Shown here: positions 1 to 13,334 of the stretch, piece after piece
Position numbering within the stretch: the stretch's first letter is position 1
Layout: each line of letters begins with the position of its first letter
NCBI GenBank assembly: GCA_951406725.2
Contig: OX597820.1
Span: 101,122,001-101,186,000 of the forward strand
Length of the DNA stretch: 64,000 nt
Direction: 5' to 3'
Source: Octopus vulgaris
Lineage: Eukaryota
Made by a program: the position numbers and the translations under genes
Notes under the pieces: generated by a model
What the model saw: the letters and a program-made list of their open reading frames with translations, nothing else
What the model was told of the DNA's origin: nothing
Databases searched by the model: none

Positions 1-239
1 AAAATTTGTAGGCCCCAAAGATCTAAGCTAAGAGCATTAAATTTTTGGAAGAAAGCAAGCGAATGTGTACAATGACACAGACAATAAAAACGAGAAAATG
101 GAGAAAATGTTACACAATTACAAATAGAAACATGAGAATAACAACAAGTGTCTTTCGACTAATAATGACTAATTGAGTTGAGCTGGTGTATGGAATGAAT
201 GCCATGTGGCACAACATAGATGAAAATCAGGGGACAGGA

Positions 240-280
<41 letters not shown>

Positions 281-282
<2 letters not shown>

Positions 283-445
283 CGTAGGAGTGGCTGTGTA
301 GTAAGTAGCTTGCTTACCAACCACATGGTTCCGGGTTCAGTCCCACTGCGTGGCACCTTGGGCAAGTGTCTTCTACTATAGCCTCGGGCCGACCAAAGCC
401 TTGGGAGTGGATTTGGTAGACAGAAACTGAAAGAAGCCCGTCGTA

Positions 446-530
<85 letters not shown>

Positions 531-731
531 TTGTGTGTCTGTGTTTGTCCCCTTAGCATTGCTTGACAACCAATGCTGGTGTGCTTATGTCCCCGTTACT
601 TAGCGGTTCGGCAAAAGAGACCGATAGAATAAGTACTGGGCTTACAAAAAAATAAGTCCCGGGGTTGAGTTGCTCGATTAAATGCGGTGCTCCAGCATGG
701 CCGCAGTCAAATGACTGAAACAAGTAAGAGA
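281..731 (+). mobile_element. tRNA-derived SINE, family A (central (TA)n/(TG)n microsatellite)
   Basis: Head with A/B-box-like motifs (TGGCTGTGTAGTAA...GGTTCAGTCCC), CORE-like CACCTTGGGCAAGT, central microsatellite, tail ...GACTGAAACAAGTAA; more than 10 similar copies in the window. Confidence 0.9.
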
Positions 732-732
732 A

Positions 733-767
<35 letters not shown>

Positions 768-769
768 GA

Positions 770-2172
770 TGGGCTCTCCTGTCAGTTTTCACGTGTGAGG
801 CTCCGACAACGTACTCTTTCTTTATCAGTCATAATGCTTATGTTGAATGTGACATTTAAGTCCCGCTCAGGATTTGCATGGAAGGCCATATATATTGCAA
901 GTTTGAGGATTACAAGTCAGTGCAGGTGGTATATTTGCAGCCTCTTTTCTCCTTTGCCTTGCACCCCGAAGCCAGTTAATGCTGGTTGCAACAAAGTTTT
1001 TAATACCATTTTGATACAACAGTTTCCATTTTGTTCATAACAAGGCTGTTCGCTCAAAGGTGTTGTGAGTTATCTTCATCTCTAAGAGGTTACTCTTCAG
1101 CTTGTCCTTATATCTAAGCCATGGTCGACCAGCATTCCTGTACCCATTCTTAAGCTGGCTTTACATGAAGACTTTGGGTATTCTTTTGCCACCCATTCTG
1201 ACAACATGGCCAGCCCAGTGCAATTGTGATTGTATAAGGAAGCTCTCAATTCCACCAATCTTACACTTGCTAAACAAGTCAGCATTAGAAATTTTGTCTT
1301 TTAGTGAATAACCATAGATTGTCCTCAGACAGTCTTTGTGGAAGATGTCTAATTGGCTAATGTACCATCAATAGGATATCAATAATTCTGAGTCATACAA
1401 CAGAGTAGTAAGAATGGCTGCTTTATAGACCTGTACTTTGGTGTCAAGTTTGATGCCTCTTTCATTCCATAGGCAATAACAGAGTTTGCTAAACATATTG
1501 GTTGCCTTTGTGAGATGGTTGACAATTTCATCATTAAGAGATGCACTCAAATTCACTTTACTACCAAGATATGTAAATGACTTCACATGATTTAGGCTTT
1601 TCCCATCAACCTGTATAAGAGTGTCAGGAAAATTGTGAACTGGTGGCCTCTGTTTGACACCTCGAATTTGTTTAGGAGTAGGGCAAGGTTGGTGGATTAC
1701 TTCAGTCTTCTTTATGCTGATGGTCAAACCAAAGGCTTTACATGCAGCAGAAAACCAGTCTAGAAGTTCCTGAGGTTGCTACGAGTGCAGCATCATCTGC
1801 AAAATGCAGATCACAAATGATACTGGTGCGTAGCAGTGTTCTGACTGATGATTGAATAGTCCAACACTTATTTGAAACAAGAATTTGACACCACTTTGTA
1901 TGTCACAAAAAGCCTACCTCAGCATCACTGAAAAGAAGAGTGCAAACAAAATAGGGGCCATAACACAACCTTGCTTTGTGCCATTTGCAATGTTGAAGGA
2001 AGCCAAAGATACCCCACTGGACATGACAGCAGCTTTCATTCCCTCATGAAAGGAGATGATAACATTCAACATCTTGTCAGGTATACTAAGCATTCTCAGA
2101 ACTTTCCATAGTGCTTACCAGTTAACAGTGCTGAAGGCCTTAGTAAGGTCAACGAACATCAAGAACAACTCT
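770..2172 (-). mobile_element. Decayed RTE-clade (BovB-like) LINE ORF, RT and C-terminal part
   Basis: ORF track peptide TISIKKTEV...FTYLGS...WNERGIKLDTKVQVYKAAILTTLLYDSE; upstream FVDLTKAF and KQGCVMAP-type motifs; frameshifts and stops. Confidence 0.9.
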
Positions 2173-2677
2173 TGATATGTATATATGTATCTATGTGTGT
2201 GTGTGTGTCTTTGTGTCTGTGTTTGTCTACCTGACTGCTTGACAACCAATGTTAGTTTGTTTACATCCCCATAATTTAGCAGCTTGGTAAAAAAGAGATC
2301 AATAGAATAAGCAACAGGCTTTAAAAAAAAGAACGCAAGTAGTGGGGTTGATTTATTTGATAAAAAGTTCTTCCGTTCTCAAGCATGGCCATAATCTAAT
2401 GTCTGAAACAGACACAAATATAAAAGATACAATGATAAAGATAATTAAAAGATAAAAGAGAAAAAATGGCAATGTCTCATTCCTCCACACTTTATTCTAA
2501 CCACTATGTTCAGTCTTTCCTCCTCATAACATCAGTTGACTGAATTCCCACTGTCCTCACATTTTTTCCTGCAGACATCGATGTAACCCTTTCACTTTCA
2601 GATTACTCTGTCAAATGTAATGTTTATTCATTCATGTTATTTTCAATTGATAAGGTAGTGAGTTGGTAGAATCATTA

Positions 2678-3555
2678 CTACAAAATTTCCAGGACTAGTT
2701 ATGTTTAATAAGAAATAACTTATTTACCTTAAGTTTTAACACCATCTCCTTTGAAATAATCACTTTGTGTGGCAATACAGTGGTCTCAGCTTCCCTGCCA
2801 TTTTTGGAATCAGGCCTTGAAGCCATTTTCTGTGAGTCAAGGATCTTCTGTGTTTTGCTCTGGATTTTGACAATGGTGTTAAAATGGCAACCTTTGGGCT
2901 GCAGTCTCATCTTGGGGGAAGAGATGAAAGTCCACAAGTGTTAAATATGTTGTTTTTGGCAAGAAACTTATGAGTGAGGAGAGCTTGGTGACAGGATGCA
3001 ATGTTGTTGTGAAGAATCCAATTCTTCGTGCTCCACAGATCTGGTTGGTCACTTTTGCGAAATGTCCTCCCTCAAACACTTCAAAACATCACAGTAGAAC
3101 TCTCAATTGATGGTCTGGCCATAGGAGATTAATTCTCAATGCACAATACCACATTTCTGGGGGTGACACTTATGGCAGGTCTTCCAGATCACTCATTGTC
3201 TTCCAGGGATATTCTTCTGCTTTTGATGCACTCATGTCACTTGAAACATTGCATGCAACCCATTGCCTCATCACTGTAAGCTTGCTTTAGCAATATCTCT
3301 GTAGCAGACTTCCCAAGTTTAATGCAAAATTTCACGTTGGCTCTTTGTTCCTGCCTATGATAAAATTGCAGACTACAGCATGCACATGATTACAAAAACA
3401 CAGATTTCACAACTTGTGAAATAAACAAAGCAGATGTCCCTTGGCACACTGCCTCATGAAGGTCACTGCTAGCTCTCATTATGCACTCAACCATGTGCTG
3501 CCATCTGTTGCTGCACTACAGAAGTAGTCCAGAAACTTTTCAATATCACCTCATG
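2678..3555 (-). mobile_element. Decayed mariner (Tc1/mariner) element nested in a SINE
   Basis: Similar ends in inverted orientation (AAAATTTCCAGGACTAG / AGTAGTCCAGAAACTTTT); minus strand resembles mariner C-terminus (FQKWQ...CIA.QSDYFKGD); splits a family B SINE. Confidence 0.7.
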
Positions 3556-4355
3556 CATCAGACAAAATGCTTAGCGGCATTTCTTCAGAGTTCAAATTCT
3601 GTCAAGGCTGACTTCACCTTTCATCATTTCAGGGTCAATAAAATGAGTACCAGTTGTGCACTGGGGTTGATGTAATGAACAAGCACCCCACTCCCCTCAA
3701 AATTTCAGGCCTTGTGCCGATGATGGAGAGGAATATTTTCAGTTTACCTAGTATTATCCTGTAGTCTTGAGATTTTTATGATGTGATTGTTTATTTTTTG
3801 AATGACATTGTAAGGTAAGTGTGAGAGACCAAATCTGGCTGGTTTAAACATAAAAAACTGGTAGAATATTTGGATCAAAGGTTAAAGATATTCATCAAAC
3901 AACCCATCAGCTATGTCAGAATGCCTGTAATGACCAGGGGGGGGGGTCACTGCCTCTTTTCTTAGTCCTGACTAAACCATTAAGAAAATTACAAGGAAAG
4001 AAAGCATCATCATTTTGGTCATCATTGCTTGGTCATCATCATCATTGCTGCCACTGTTACAGCTGCTACCATCACCACTGTAACCACCACCACCACCACT
4101 GTCATCACCACCTCCACCACAACCAACACAACCAACACAAATAACTCAACATAGTCATCTTTCATATTATCATTATTATTTTTGGGTGTCTCCCAAAGAT
4201 TTGAGTTCATGAAAGTTTTAATTTCTGACTGTTCGGAAGGGCATCCAGTAGTAGAAACCATGCCAATGCAGACACTGGAACATCATGCAGTCTTTGGGCC
4301 CATCAGATCCTGTCAAACTGTCCAACCCATAACAGTATGGTACATGGATGCTAAC

Positions 4356-4585
<230 letters not shown>

Positions 4586-5197
4586 GTAACCATCTTACTT
4601 GCCTAACATCATTACTAATACCTACAAAGCAAGCATAAATATCACAGTATCCCATTTTAAAACACCCTTAGTGTAGAAGTAATTACTTGCCAAGTTTAGA
4701 TTGTTGCTTAGTTCTGAGAGAAAGGAATGAGAAAGGCATGCAAGTCACAACTTCCTATTTCCTTCTATTTACAACTCTGAATCTTCATTCCCTTGGATAA
4801 AACATTATTATTACTGTTGTTGTTGTTATTGTTGTTGTTGTTGTTATAGCTATCTTTGTTGATTTGCATGAGCAACTTGTGCATAAATCTGAATTTCTAA
4901 GCAGTCATTTCAATAAACAGGTATATCTAGGACAGCAACGTTTTCATTTCATTATAGTCGTTAGCTAGCTACGGCCAAAATAATGTATTTAAAATGGAGA
5001 ATTACTAACACCTAGAAGGAATAATACCTCGTTTCATTTTTTTTTTTCCACTTATTTTTTTTTATAACTTTAACCTATCGGAAGCAAATTTGACATGCAC
5101 AAATGTCTACGGTAAGATTCAACTTTTCTCTGTCAACATAGTCACATTTATGTTTATATAAGTCTAGTGTATATATACATACATACATATATATTTA

Positions 5198-5246
<49 letters not shown>

Positions 5247-6054
5247 ATAGTAAACTAATATTTACTTTCCTAACCAAGCAGAATAGAAAAAATATTTATT
5301 CATTGAAAACTTGTAATTTATTTAGTTTAGATAATAAATTGCTATGTATTAAACATTTAACATATACAACTGATTGTCATGTTTTTATTTCCATTTAAAC
5401 TAATAATTTTCAAGATGTTTGACAATATGTAGTGATTCATAGTAAACAAATAGAATTTAGCTCTTTAATATAGGTGATAATAGAAAGATGCTTCAGTAAA
5501 GTGGTTAAGTAAAGTAGAAAGTTAGGCTTCTGACCATAACTACTAACACTAAATATTGTATCATGCTCTCCTTTTTTTTTAATAGATATCCTCCTTTTTA
5601 GGATACTGTTAATACTTATCTCTTATCAAGGGATTATGGCTTCAAGTTTAAAAACATCTGCTCTCTTAAACGAAATGTATCAATGTATTTGTGTTTGTCT
5701 ATGTGTGCATGTGTATGTAGACATATATGTATGTATTTATGTATGTCTGCATGTATGTTATGTATATATGTGTGAGTGTATGCATGTGTGCATATACACA
5801 CATGTGTATATAAATACGTATGTACATAATTGTCTGTATGTGTGTATATGTGAGTACAATGGTACACACACACACACACACAAATAAATATGTATGTATG
5901 TATAATATATACACGCATATTTATAAATATATATATTACACATACATTTGTGTAATCTATATACATACATACAAATATATATATATGTTATGTATATATA
6001 TATGAGTGTGTGTATGCAAGCATAAAAAGACCATGTTAAAATGATTATGATGTT

Positions 6055-6116
<62 letters not shown>

Positions 6117-6135
6117 GTGTGTGTGTATTTGTGTA

Positions 6136-6219
<84 letters not shown>

Positions 6220-6965
6220 TGCATGCATACATATGTAAATATAAAAATGTACATATATACATACATGTATAAATTATCGTCATATATATATATATCTGTA
6301 TATATTTATAAATATCTAATAAATTTATAAAGACATTTATACATATACATACAGATGCACACACACATACACAAATACACACAGAAGCACACACACACAT
6401 ACATGCACACACAAACCCATATATATATATATATTTATATATATAAACATAAAGAGAGAGAGAGAGAGAGAGAACCATACCTGCAATACAGTCATATACT
6501 CACACATACACATCTCAACATATAACCATAGATGTTAAAAATTGCCACATGTGTATTGAAATATTTTTTTACTCTGTATGTTATGTTTCTACCATTCACA
6601 TAAATCTCCTAGAAATTCCTGAGAGGCAAATAAATATAAGTCAATAACCAATGTCCTGCTTCTTTGTCAAAAATAAGATCAAAACTAAAAGCTAAAATCT
6701 GAAAGTAACGAAACTATTTAGATTTCTTGATATTTATTTCAGGTCCTTTACCAACAGTTACTGCTATAGCACATTGATTTTATATTGAATTGACATCTGT
6801 GGAAACTACACAGTATTAAGTACTACTGCTGTGTTATAGCTTTCCATTTAATACTCAGCTGTTGCTTTTGTTCTCTTTAACTTCATTGAAAGTACTCTCT
6901 GTAACCACCACTATTGCTATTGGAATTTTAACTGGTAAATGGTCTAAAACGAAGGGGTAATTTAT

Positions 6966-7373
6966 GAGTGGCTGTGTGGTAAGTAGCTTGCTAACCAACC
7001 ACATGGTTCCAGGTTCAGTCCCACTGCATGGCATCTTGGGCAAGTGTTTTCTGCTATAGCCCTGGGCCGACCAATGCCTTGTGAGTGGATTTGGTAGACG
7101 GAAACTGAAAGAAGCCTGTCATATATATGTATATATATATATATTTATGTGTGTGTATATGTTTGTGTGTCTGTGTTTGTCCCCCTAGCATTGATTGACA
7201 ACCGATGCTGGTGTGTTTACATCTCCGTAACTTAGCGGTTCGGCAAAAGACCGATAGAATAAGTACTAGGCTTACAAAGAATAAGGCCCAGGGTCGATTT
7301 GCTCGACTAAAGGCGGTGCTCCAGCATGGCCGCAGTCAACTGACTGAAACAAGTAAAAGAGTAAAAAAGAGTA
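6966..7373 (+). mobile_element. SINE family A
   Basis: Near-full copy of the 281-731 element. Confidence 0.9.
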
Positions 7374-7704
7374 TAATAGATAATAATAATAATTATTTAT
7401 TATAAAGTGCTCTGTGACCTCCGTTGTTGGGACAAATCCTTTGCATTTAGTAAATTTACTTAACAACTGCCAGTCAGTTATTATTTTGCTGTAGATATTT
7501 TATACTGAAGATCACTGTATCTACAACTAAAATGCTTTATATAACTTTAGAAGAAAGTTTGAAGTCATCCCACTCTTTATCTCTGGAATGATATGCCTAC
7601 AGAATTGTCCTTTTAATTGACTTGGAAAGAAACTTCTGCAGAATTACATACAGCAAAATTGTCACACAGAGAAGGTTATATGGAGGAGTGAGAACATGTT
7701 GTGT

Positions 7705-7925
7705 GAGGGGATGTTGAAAGGTTCCTGGCTTTAAGGGTATCAGGAAAGGCCTGGTTGAAGACCCATCCTACAGTTCTTTACAGGGTTTAGAAGACCCATC
7801 CTAGAGTTCTTTACAGGGTTTAGAAGTGTGAGAATCTGAGATAGGAATATGTTGAATAGAATCATAATTAACTGAGCCTCCTGTATTTTCTTTTACCCAA
7901 AGCCAGGAAATTTTCAGCACCCCGA
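7705..7925. mobile_element. Mariner-type MITE
   Basis: TIRs GGGGATGTTGAAAGGTTCCTGGCTTT / AAAGCCAGGAAATTTTCAGCACCCC; internal ~33-bp tandem duplication. Confidence 0.65.
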
Positions 7926-7943
7926 TGTGTGTGCATATATATG

Positions 7944-7975
<32 letters not shown>

Positions 7976-8001
7976 TATATATATATATATGTATATATTT
8001 A

Positions 8002-8044
<43 letters not shown>

Positions 8045-8146
8045 TAAATTCCAGCGTAGCAAAAAAATTTAGAAAATTTCTTTGCTACCAGTGGTCTAGC
8101 AAGAAGAAAAAACTAGTCAATAGACTATATATTATTCATATAAAAG

Positions 8147-8295
8147 TACAGTGTACATTTAAACACATAAGAGATGGCCATAACAGGACATTTGACCCGC
8201 TAGAAGGAGTAGTTACACTTAGAGTTTAACTACTCCTTCTATAGGGTCAGATGTCCTGTTATGGCCATCTCTTATGTGTTTAAATGTACACTGTA
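8147..8295. repeat. Fold-back element 1 (~73-bp arms, ~3-nt loop) between (TA)n tracts
   Basis: TACAGTGTACATTTAAACACATAAGAGATGGCC... is the reverse complement of ...GGCCATCTCTTATGTGTTTAAATGTACACTGTA. Confidence 0.95.
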
Positions 8296-8307
8296 TTGAT
8301 ATATATA

Positions 8308-8630
8308 TATAAACAACTTATAAATAAGGTCAAACGAAAAAATTTCTAATGCCAAATATGCCGAAAATTGGACATAATGTCCATTTACCATTTAATTTTT
8401 TTCCTAGTATGCACGCTACTCGAAAAATGTCGACAGAGAGATTTCTGTCGACCTTTTCGAGTAGTATACATACTGGGAAAAAAATTAAATGGTAAATGGA
8501 CATTATGTCCAATTTTCGGCATATTTGGCATTAGAAATTTTTTCGGTTGACCTTATTTATAAGTTGTTTATAATTTAACTTTTAAAGGTATTTTTTAATA
8601 TGCTGGCCATTGATAAAATTTTTTTTCGAA

Positions 8631-8635
<5 letters not shown>
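8308..8635. repeat. Fold-back element 2 (arms 8308-8572 plus unpaired right extension); same family as 34150-34779
   Basis: ~130-bp near-perfect inverted arms centred near 8440; mirrored ORFs on both strands in the track (MDIMSIYHLIFF...). Confidence 0.95.
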
Positions 8636-8664
<29 letters not shown>

Positions 8665-8855
8665 TTGTTATATCCTTCTGTGAAGATTTACTTATATTAT
8701 TGTTCATCAAACGTAGATATCATGCAGGTCTTGGTTTTAGAACAGCTGCACCCTAACCTTGCAAGTAAGAAGTAACTGTAAGGGTTAGTGATAGGAAGAA
8801 TATTACGGGGCCATAAAGTCCCACCTCAGGAAACCTATGCCATCATGGAAAATCG

Positions 8856-9757
8856 TCCTCCTCATTTCCTCCTCATCTTCATCTCCAACTCCTCCCATTC
8901 CTCTCCTCCTCTTCATCATCATCTCCTCCCATTCCTCTCCTCCTCTTCCTCTCTTCATCTTCATCTCCTCGTCTTCATCTCCTCCTCTTCATCTTCATCT
9001 TCATCTTCTCATCTTCATATCCTCCTCTTCATTTCTTCATCATAATCATCTCCTCCTCCTCCTCTTCTCATCATCATCTCCTCCTCTTCAACATCATCTT
9101 CAACATCATCATCTCCTCCTCATCCCCATCTTTTCCCCATCTCCTACTTCTCATCTTCTCATCTCCTCTTCATCTCCTCCTCCTCATCTCCTTCCCCTCG
9201 TCTTTGTCCTCATCACCTCTTCCTCATCATCATCTCCTCATCCTCATCTACTCCTCAACTCCCCATCATCATCATCTCCTTCTCTTCCTCTCTTCCCTGT
9301 CCTACCTACTTCCATCCCCCTCTCCTCCTCTTCATCCTCCTCTTTCTTCCTCTTCCTCCTCTCTTCATCTTCCTCCTCTCTTCCTCTTCTCTTCATCTTC
9401 CTCCTCTCTTCATCTTCCTTCTCTCTTCATCTTCCTCCTCCTCCCTTCATCTTCCTCCTCCTCTCTTCATCTTCCTCTTCCTCCTCTCTTCATCTTCCTC
9501 CTCTCTTCATCTCCTTCCTCCTCCTCCCTTCCTCTTTCTCCTCCTCTCTTCCTCTTCCTCCTTCTCTCTTCTTCCTCCTCTCTTCATCTTCCTCCTCTTT
9601 TCATCTCCTTCCTCCTCCTCCCTTCCTCTTTCTCCTCCTCTCTTCCTCTTCCTCCTTTTCTCTTCATCTTCCTCCTCTCTTCATCTTCCTCTCTTCCCCT
9701 TCCTCTTCCCCTTCCTCTTCCTCTCTTCTTCCTCCTCCTCTATTCCCCTTCCTGTCA
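8856..9757. repeat. ~900-bp polypyrimidine/polypurine mosaic (CTT/CCT/CAT)
   Basis: Plus strand almost G-free; recurring CTTCCTCCTCTCTTCAT units. Confidence 0.95.
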
Positions 9758-9989
9758 CCAAATCTTACTTGTTTCACAGCAAGGTAAAACTTCTCCATGA
9801 CAAGAACTGTTTTCATGGGAGACCAGAAACAAATGACAGTGACACTCACATATAACTATCACACAATGCCAAGATAAGGAGGCAAAAACCACACATATGT
9901 ATATATTTTTTTGCTTGCTTTTATTTATTTTTTTTTGCTTATGACAGCCCATTAAAGGTGACGACAGCATTGATCCAGGACATTCATCC

Positions 9990-10450
9990 TCATCCATCTC
10001 CAGCACATTGTTTCTCAAGGGAGCTGATGTGACTGACAAAACCAACATGAGATAGGCAGATCCTGTGGCATTGAGTGCACTGAAAGTGACCCCAAACTAC
10101 AGCCACAGAAGGTTGATGGTAGCATTTCCTCTTCTCTTCATGCAGTCTCCTGCATTCAGTTTCAAAGTGCACTACTCCAGTATCACATACAGACTTCCAT
10201 GTCTTCTAATTCAGTCAGGGATTCTGACTGATTGGAAGGGACACCACATACAACGAGAGACTGCTTCAGATGATCATGAAAACAAAGTTTTGAACGTCCA
10301 TGAGGCTTACTTCCAGTCTCAATCACCCTGAGGACGACCATCTTTGGGAGCCAGTTACCCAACATCCAAATCACATGGTCAACTCAATAGAGAAAGTGAT
10401 GAAGGATGCAGGCCTCAATGCTGTAGACTCCTTCATGTATCCCCTGATTG
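9990..10450 (-). mobile_element. RTE LINE 3' fragment with C-terminal zinc finger
   Basis: FQCTQCHRICLSHVGFVSH and LPKMV...GSKPHGRSKLCF.D.LK. Confidence 0.75.
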
Positions 10451-10526
10451 ACTTTATAGGTGACTAAACTATAGCTGACACCACCAGATATATATATGTT
10501 TGTATGTATATATGTATATATTTTAT

Positions 10527-10727
10527 GGAGATGTACTTGCATAGCAAGTGACTTGATCTGAAATTGTGTAGTGAAACAAAAACAATTGCAGTATGGAAGA
10601 TGTTTATAAGCCATTTAAGAACACACACACACACAAAAAAATCATTAGATTCACTTTAACATTTAAATCTAACAGTCTTTTTGTGTGTTCTTAAATGTCT
10701 TATAAGCATCTTCCATGCTGCAATTGT
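10527..10727. repeat. Fold-back element 3 (outer arms from 10582 and to 10727, unpaired left extension)
   Basis: ACAATTGCAGTATGGAAGATGTTTATAAG...AAGAACACACA versus TGTGTGTTCTT...CTTATAAGCATCTTCCATGCTGCAATTGT; flanked by TA/CA repeats. Confidence 0.85.
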
Positions 10728-10730
10728 GTG

Positions 10731-10765
<35 letters not shown>

Positions 10766-10908
10766 GCATGATGAGTTGCTATTAATAAGATTATAATATT
10801 TGGAGTTAAATCCATCTTTTGATAATAATCCTTGTGAAGGAGATTAGATGAAAATTTTGAAGAAGTCCATAATAGGTGACCAGCTCACTCTTTGGTTTAT
10901 CGCAATCA

Positions 10909-10939
<31 letters not shown>

Positions 10940-10984
10940 TTGTCACCATCATTATCGATGTCATCATCATCGTTGTCATTGTTG

Positions 10985-11486
10985 ACAAAGCTCTGCTTGT
11001 GAAGACCTGTTGAGGCAAGTGAAATCGAAATCAAATTCGATGACAGCACCCATGCTAGCAGAGCACTAAGAGCACCATCTGAACGTGATCATCGTCAGGG
11101 CCGCTGACTGGCCCCCATGCCGGTGGCACATAAAAAGCACCATTCGAGTGTGATCATTACCAACATCCCCTTACTGGCACTTATGCCAGTGGTATGTGAA
11201 AAACAACATTCGAGCAAGGGTGTTGCCAGTGCCGCTGGACTGGCTCCTGTGCAGGTGACATGTAAAAACACCATTTGAGTGTGGCCATTGCCAGCACCAC
11301 CTGACTAGCCCTCGTGCCGGTGGCATGTAAAAGTACCCACTACACTCTCAGAGTGGTTGGCATTAGGAAGGGCATCCAGCTGTAGAAACTCTACCAGATC
11401 AGATTGGAGCCTGATGCAGTCATCTGGCTCAGCAGTCCCCAGTCAAACCGTCCAACCCATGCCAGTATGGAAAGCGGACATTAAAC

Positions 11487-11560
<74 letters not shown>
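10985..11560 (+). mobile_element. RTE-tailed short element with internal ~62-65-bp subrepeats and (GAT)n tail
   Basis: Four GTGCCGGTGGCACGTAAAAAGCACC-like units, then GGAAGGGCATCCAGCTGTAGAAAC...TTAAACGATGATG; other copies at 35355, 45965, 47933, 59440 (-) and 61030. Confidence 0.8.
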
Positions 11561-11924
11561 CAATTGTGATGAACATTGTCATCGACATTGTTGTTGTCAT
11601 CATCATCATCATCATCATCGTCATCATCTCCATCTGCAGCAGCAGTTAATGTCCATTTTCCATGCTGGTATGGGTTGGATGGTTTGACTGGAGTTGGCAA
11701 GTCAGAAGACTGAAAGAGTTTAACTATTACCTGATCCTTGAGTGCCTGTTGCAAGAATTTGAGTAAGGTTGTCTGGCTTGAAGGTAACCTTTTCTCACCA
11801 TTCTTGGAGGCTCTATCAAAAAAGGGCCAAGTTTGGGAGATTTGTCCTTCATTATCTAACCAAACCAAGCAAAAGAAAAAATGCTCAGTGCTTTAGTCTG
11901 AAAAATTAAGATTTTAAATATAGA

Positions 11925-12322
11925 CTAGCAGTATTGCCCGGCGTTGCTCAGGTTTGTAAGGGAAATAACTATATAAGCATTTTTAGAGAGTTTTAGCCAA
12001 AAAATAGCAAAAAAATGCATTAAAAATGGAAAAAAAAATGATGGTAAATTTTTTTTTAAATCGTTGACTCATCGTAGACATTTTTAGAGAGTTACTTCCT
12101 TTATATAATAGCGAAAAAAATGCATTAAAATGGAAAAAAATTATGGTAAATTTTTTTAAATCGTAGACTCATCGTAGACGTGCGCTAATACCCAGAAGGG
12201 CTCGATATGAATCACGACTATAAGGTACCCGGTTTTGGTTAAACTGCACCGCAAAATGTGGGAGTAGTTAGGAATCTAAATCGTAGGAGACAGACACACA
12301 ACTTGACTTTTATATATAAAGA
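11925..12322 (-). mobile_element. Non-autonomous Helitron
   Basis: Minus strand starts TC and ends CTAG, with subterminal hairpin CCTGAGCAACGCCGGG; inserted between A and T with no TSD. Confidence 0.85.
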
Positions 12323-12504
12323 TGTATTGGAACATTTAATTGGAGCAGCAAATAAATAGATGGAAATGAAACAGGAGAATGAAAGACATACATACATTAC
12401 ATACATACATACATACATACGTGCTGATTGCTTCATCTTGACAAATGATAGCTGTCCCATCAATACACACACCACACTCCATCACACAGTACAATCCCCC
12501 CATT

Positions 12505-12686
12505 CATGAGTCCTTAGATGACTTTTAAGACCAGCTGCTGACTGACTGGGTTTAAACACAAGTGACGGATATTATTCAAGTTTCTTCTACATTTTTGTCC
12601 TTTGGAATCTGATTCTGAAGGAATGTTTTTGTGAACTAGCATATGTCTTTTAAGCCCAGATATTGTCTTACAAGTTTTGTGACATA

Positions 12687-12690
<4 letters not shown>
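12505..12690 (-). mobile_element. LINE (RTE-like) 3' end with C2H2 finger remnant
   Basis: ICHKTCKTISGLKRHMLVH next to (CA)n; followed by a likely (TATG)n tail. Confidence 0.5.
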
Positions 12691-12752
<62 letters not shown>

Positions 12753-13053
12753 TGTCATTGTTTTCTAGCTTTCATCATTTTATCACCTTATTTTTGTTGT
12801 TGTTCTTACAATAATATTTAGCTTTCACAGTTTAAACTTCAAATCCAGATTTTTTCTTTTTCTCTAGTTTTAAATTTATCAGTTTGAAAATTTATCGGTT
12901 TGAAATTTCAGACTAAAATACGACCCCACTACCACCACCACCACCACCACCACACACACATGCACTCAACAAAAATTGTTGAAAAAAATTACTTTCATAA
13001 TATGTCCTTATGAATGAAGTTTATAAATATTATATTTTGTGTTAATATTTCAG

Positions 13054-13164
13054 CCAATTTGGACAACATCTACACAACTGAATTATGAATCAGTTTCTAA
13101 ATCAAGACTTGAGTTAGCGAACAGAAGGAAATACCAGGTTTCTCAATCAGAAGTTATTGAAAAG
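13054..13164 (+). CDS. Candidate internal coding exon (phase 0-0), PIWTTSTQLNYESVSKSRLELANRRKYQVSQSEVIEK; product unknown
   Basis: Acceptor ATATTTCAG|, strong donor AAG|GTAAGA, 111 bp, exactly one open frame, non-repetitive. Confidence 0.45.
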
Positions 13165-13334
13165 GTAAGAAATGCATGTCGTATATAAGAAACAGAAAAT
13201 TATCTTTAACAGACACTTACTGACACTCTATCAGTTACAACAATGAGGGTTCCACTTGATCCAATGAATGGAATAGCAAGCTCAGGAAATTTATGTGCAT
13301 CTGGCTGAATAATCCACAGGCACTCGTACCCTTA

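Noticed and set aside
1-242. Possible hammerhead 3' half on the minus strand (TAGTCGAAAGACAC)
   Set aside because: No CUGANGA box or stem partner found, and the element is cut by the window edge.
159-569. Recurrent peptides such as RLWSARGYSRRHLPKVP and MLQHGRSQMTETSK suggesting a gene family
   Set aside because: They are translations of SINE family A copies.
5586-5595. ATATCCTC as a U12-type AT-AC donor
   Set aside because: It directly follows a U2-type acceptor and has no supportable upstream exon.
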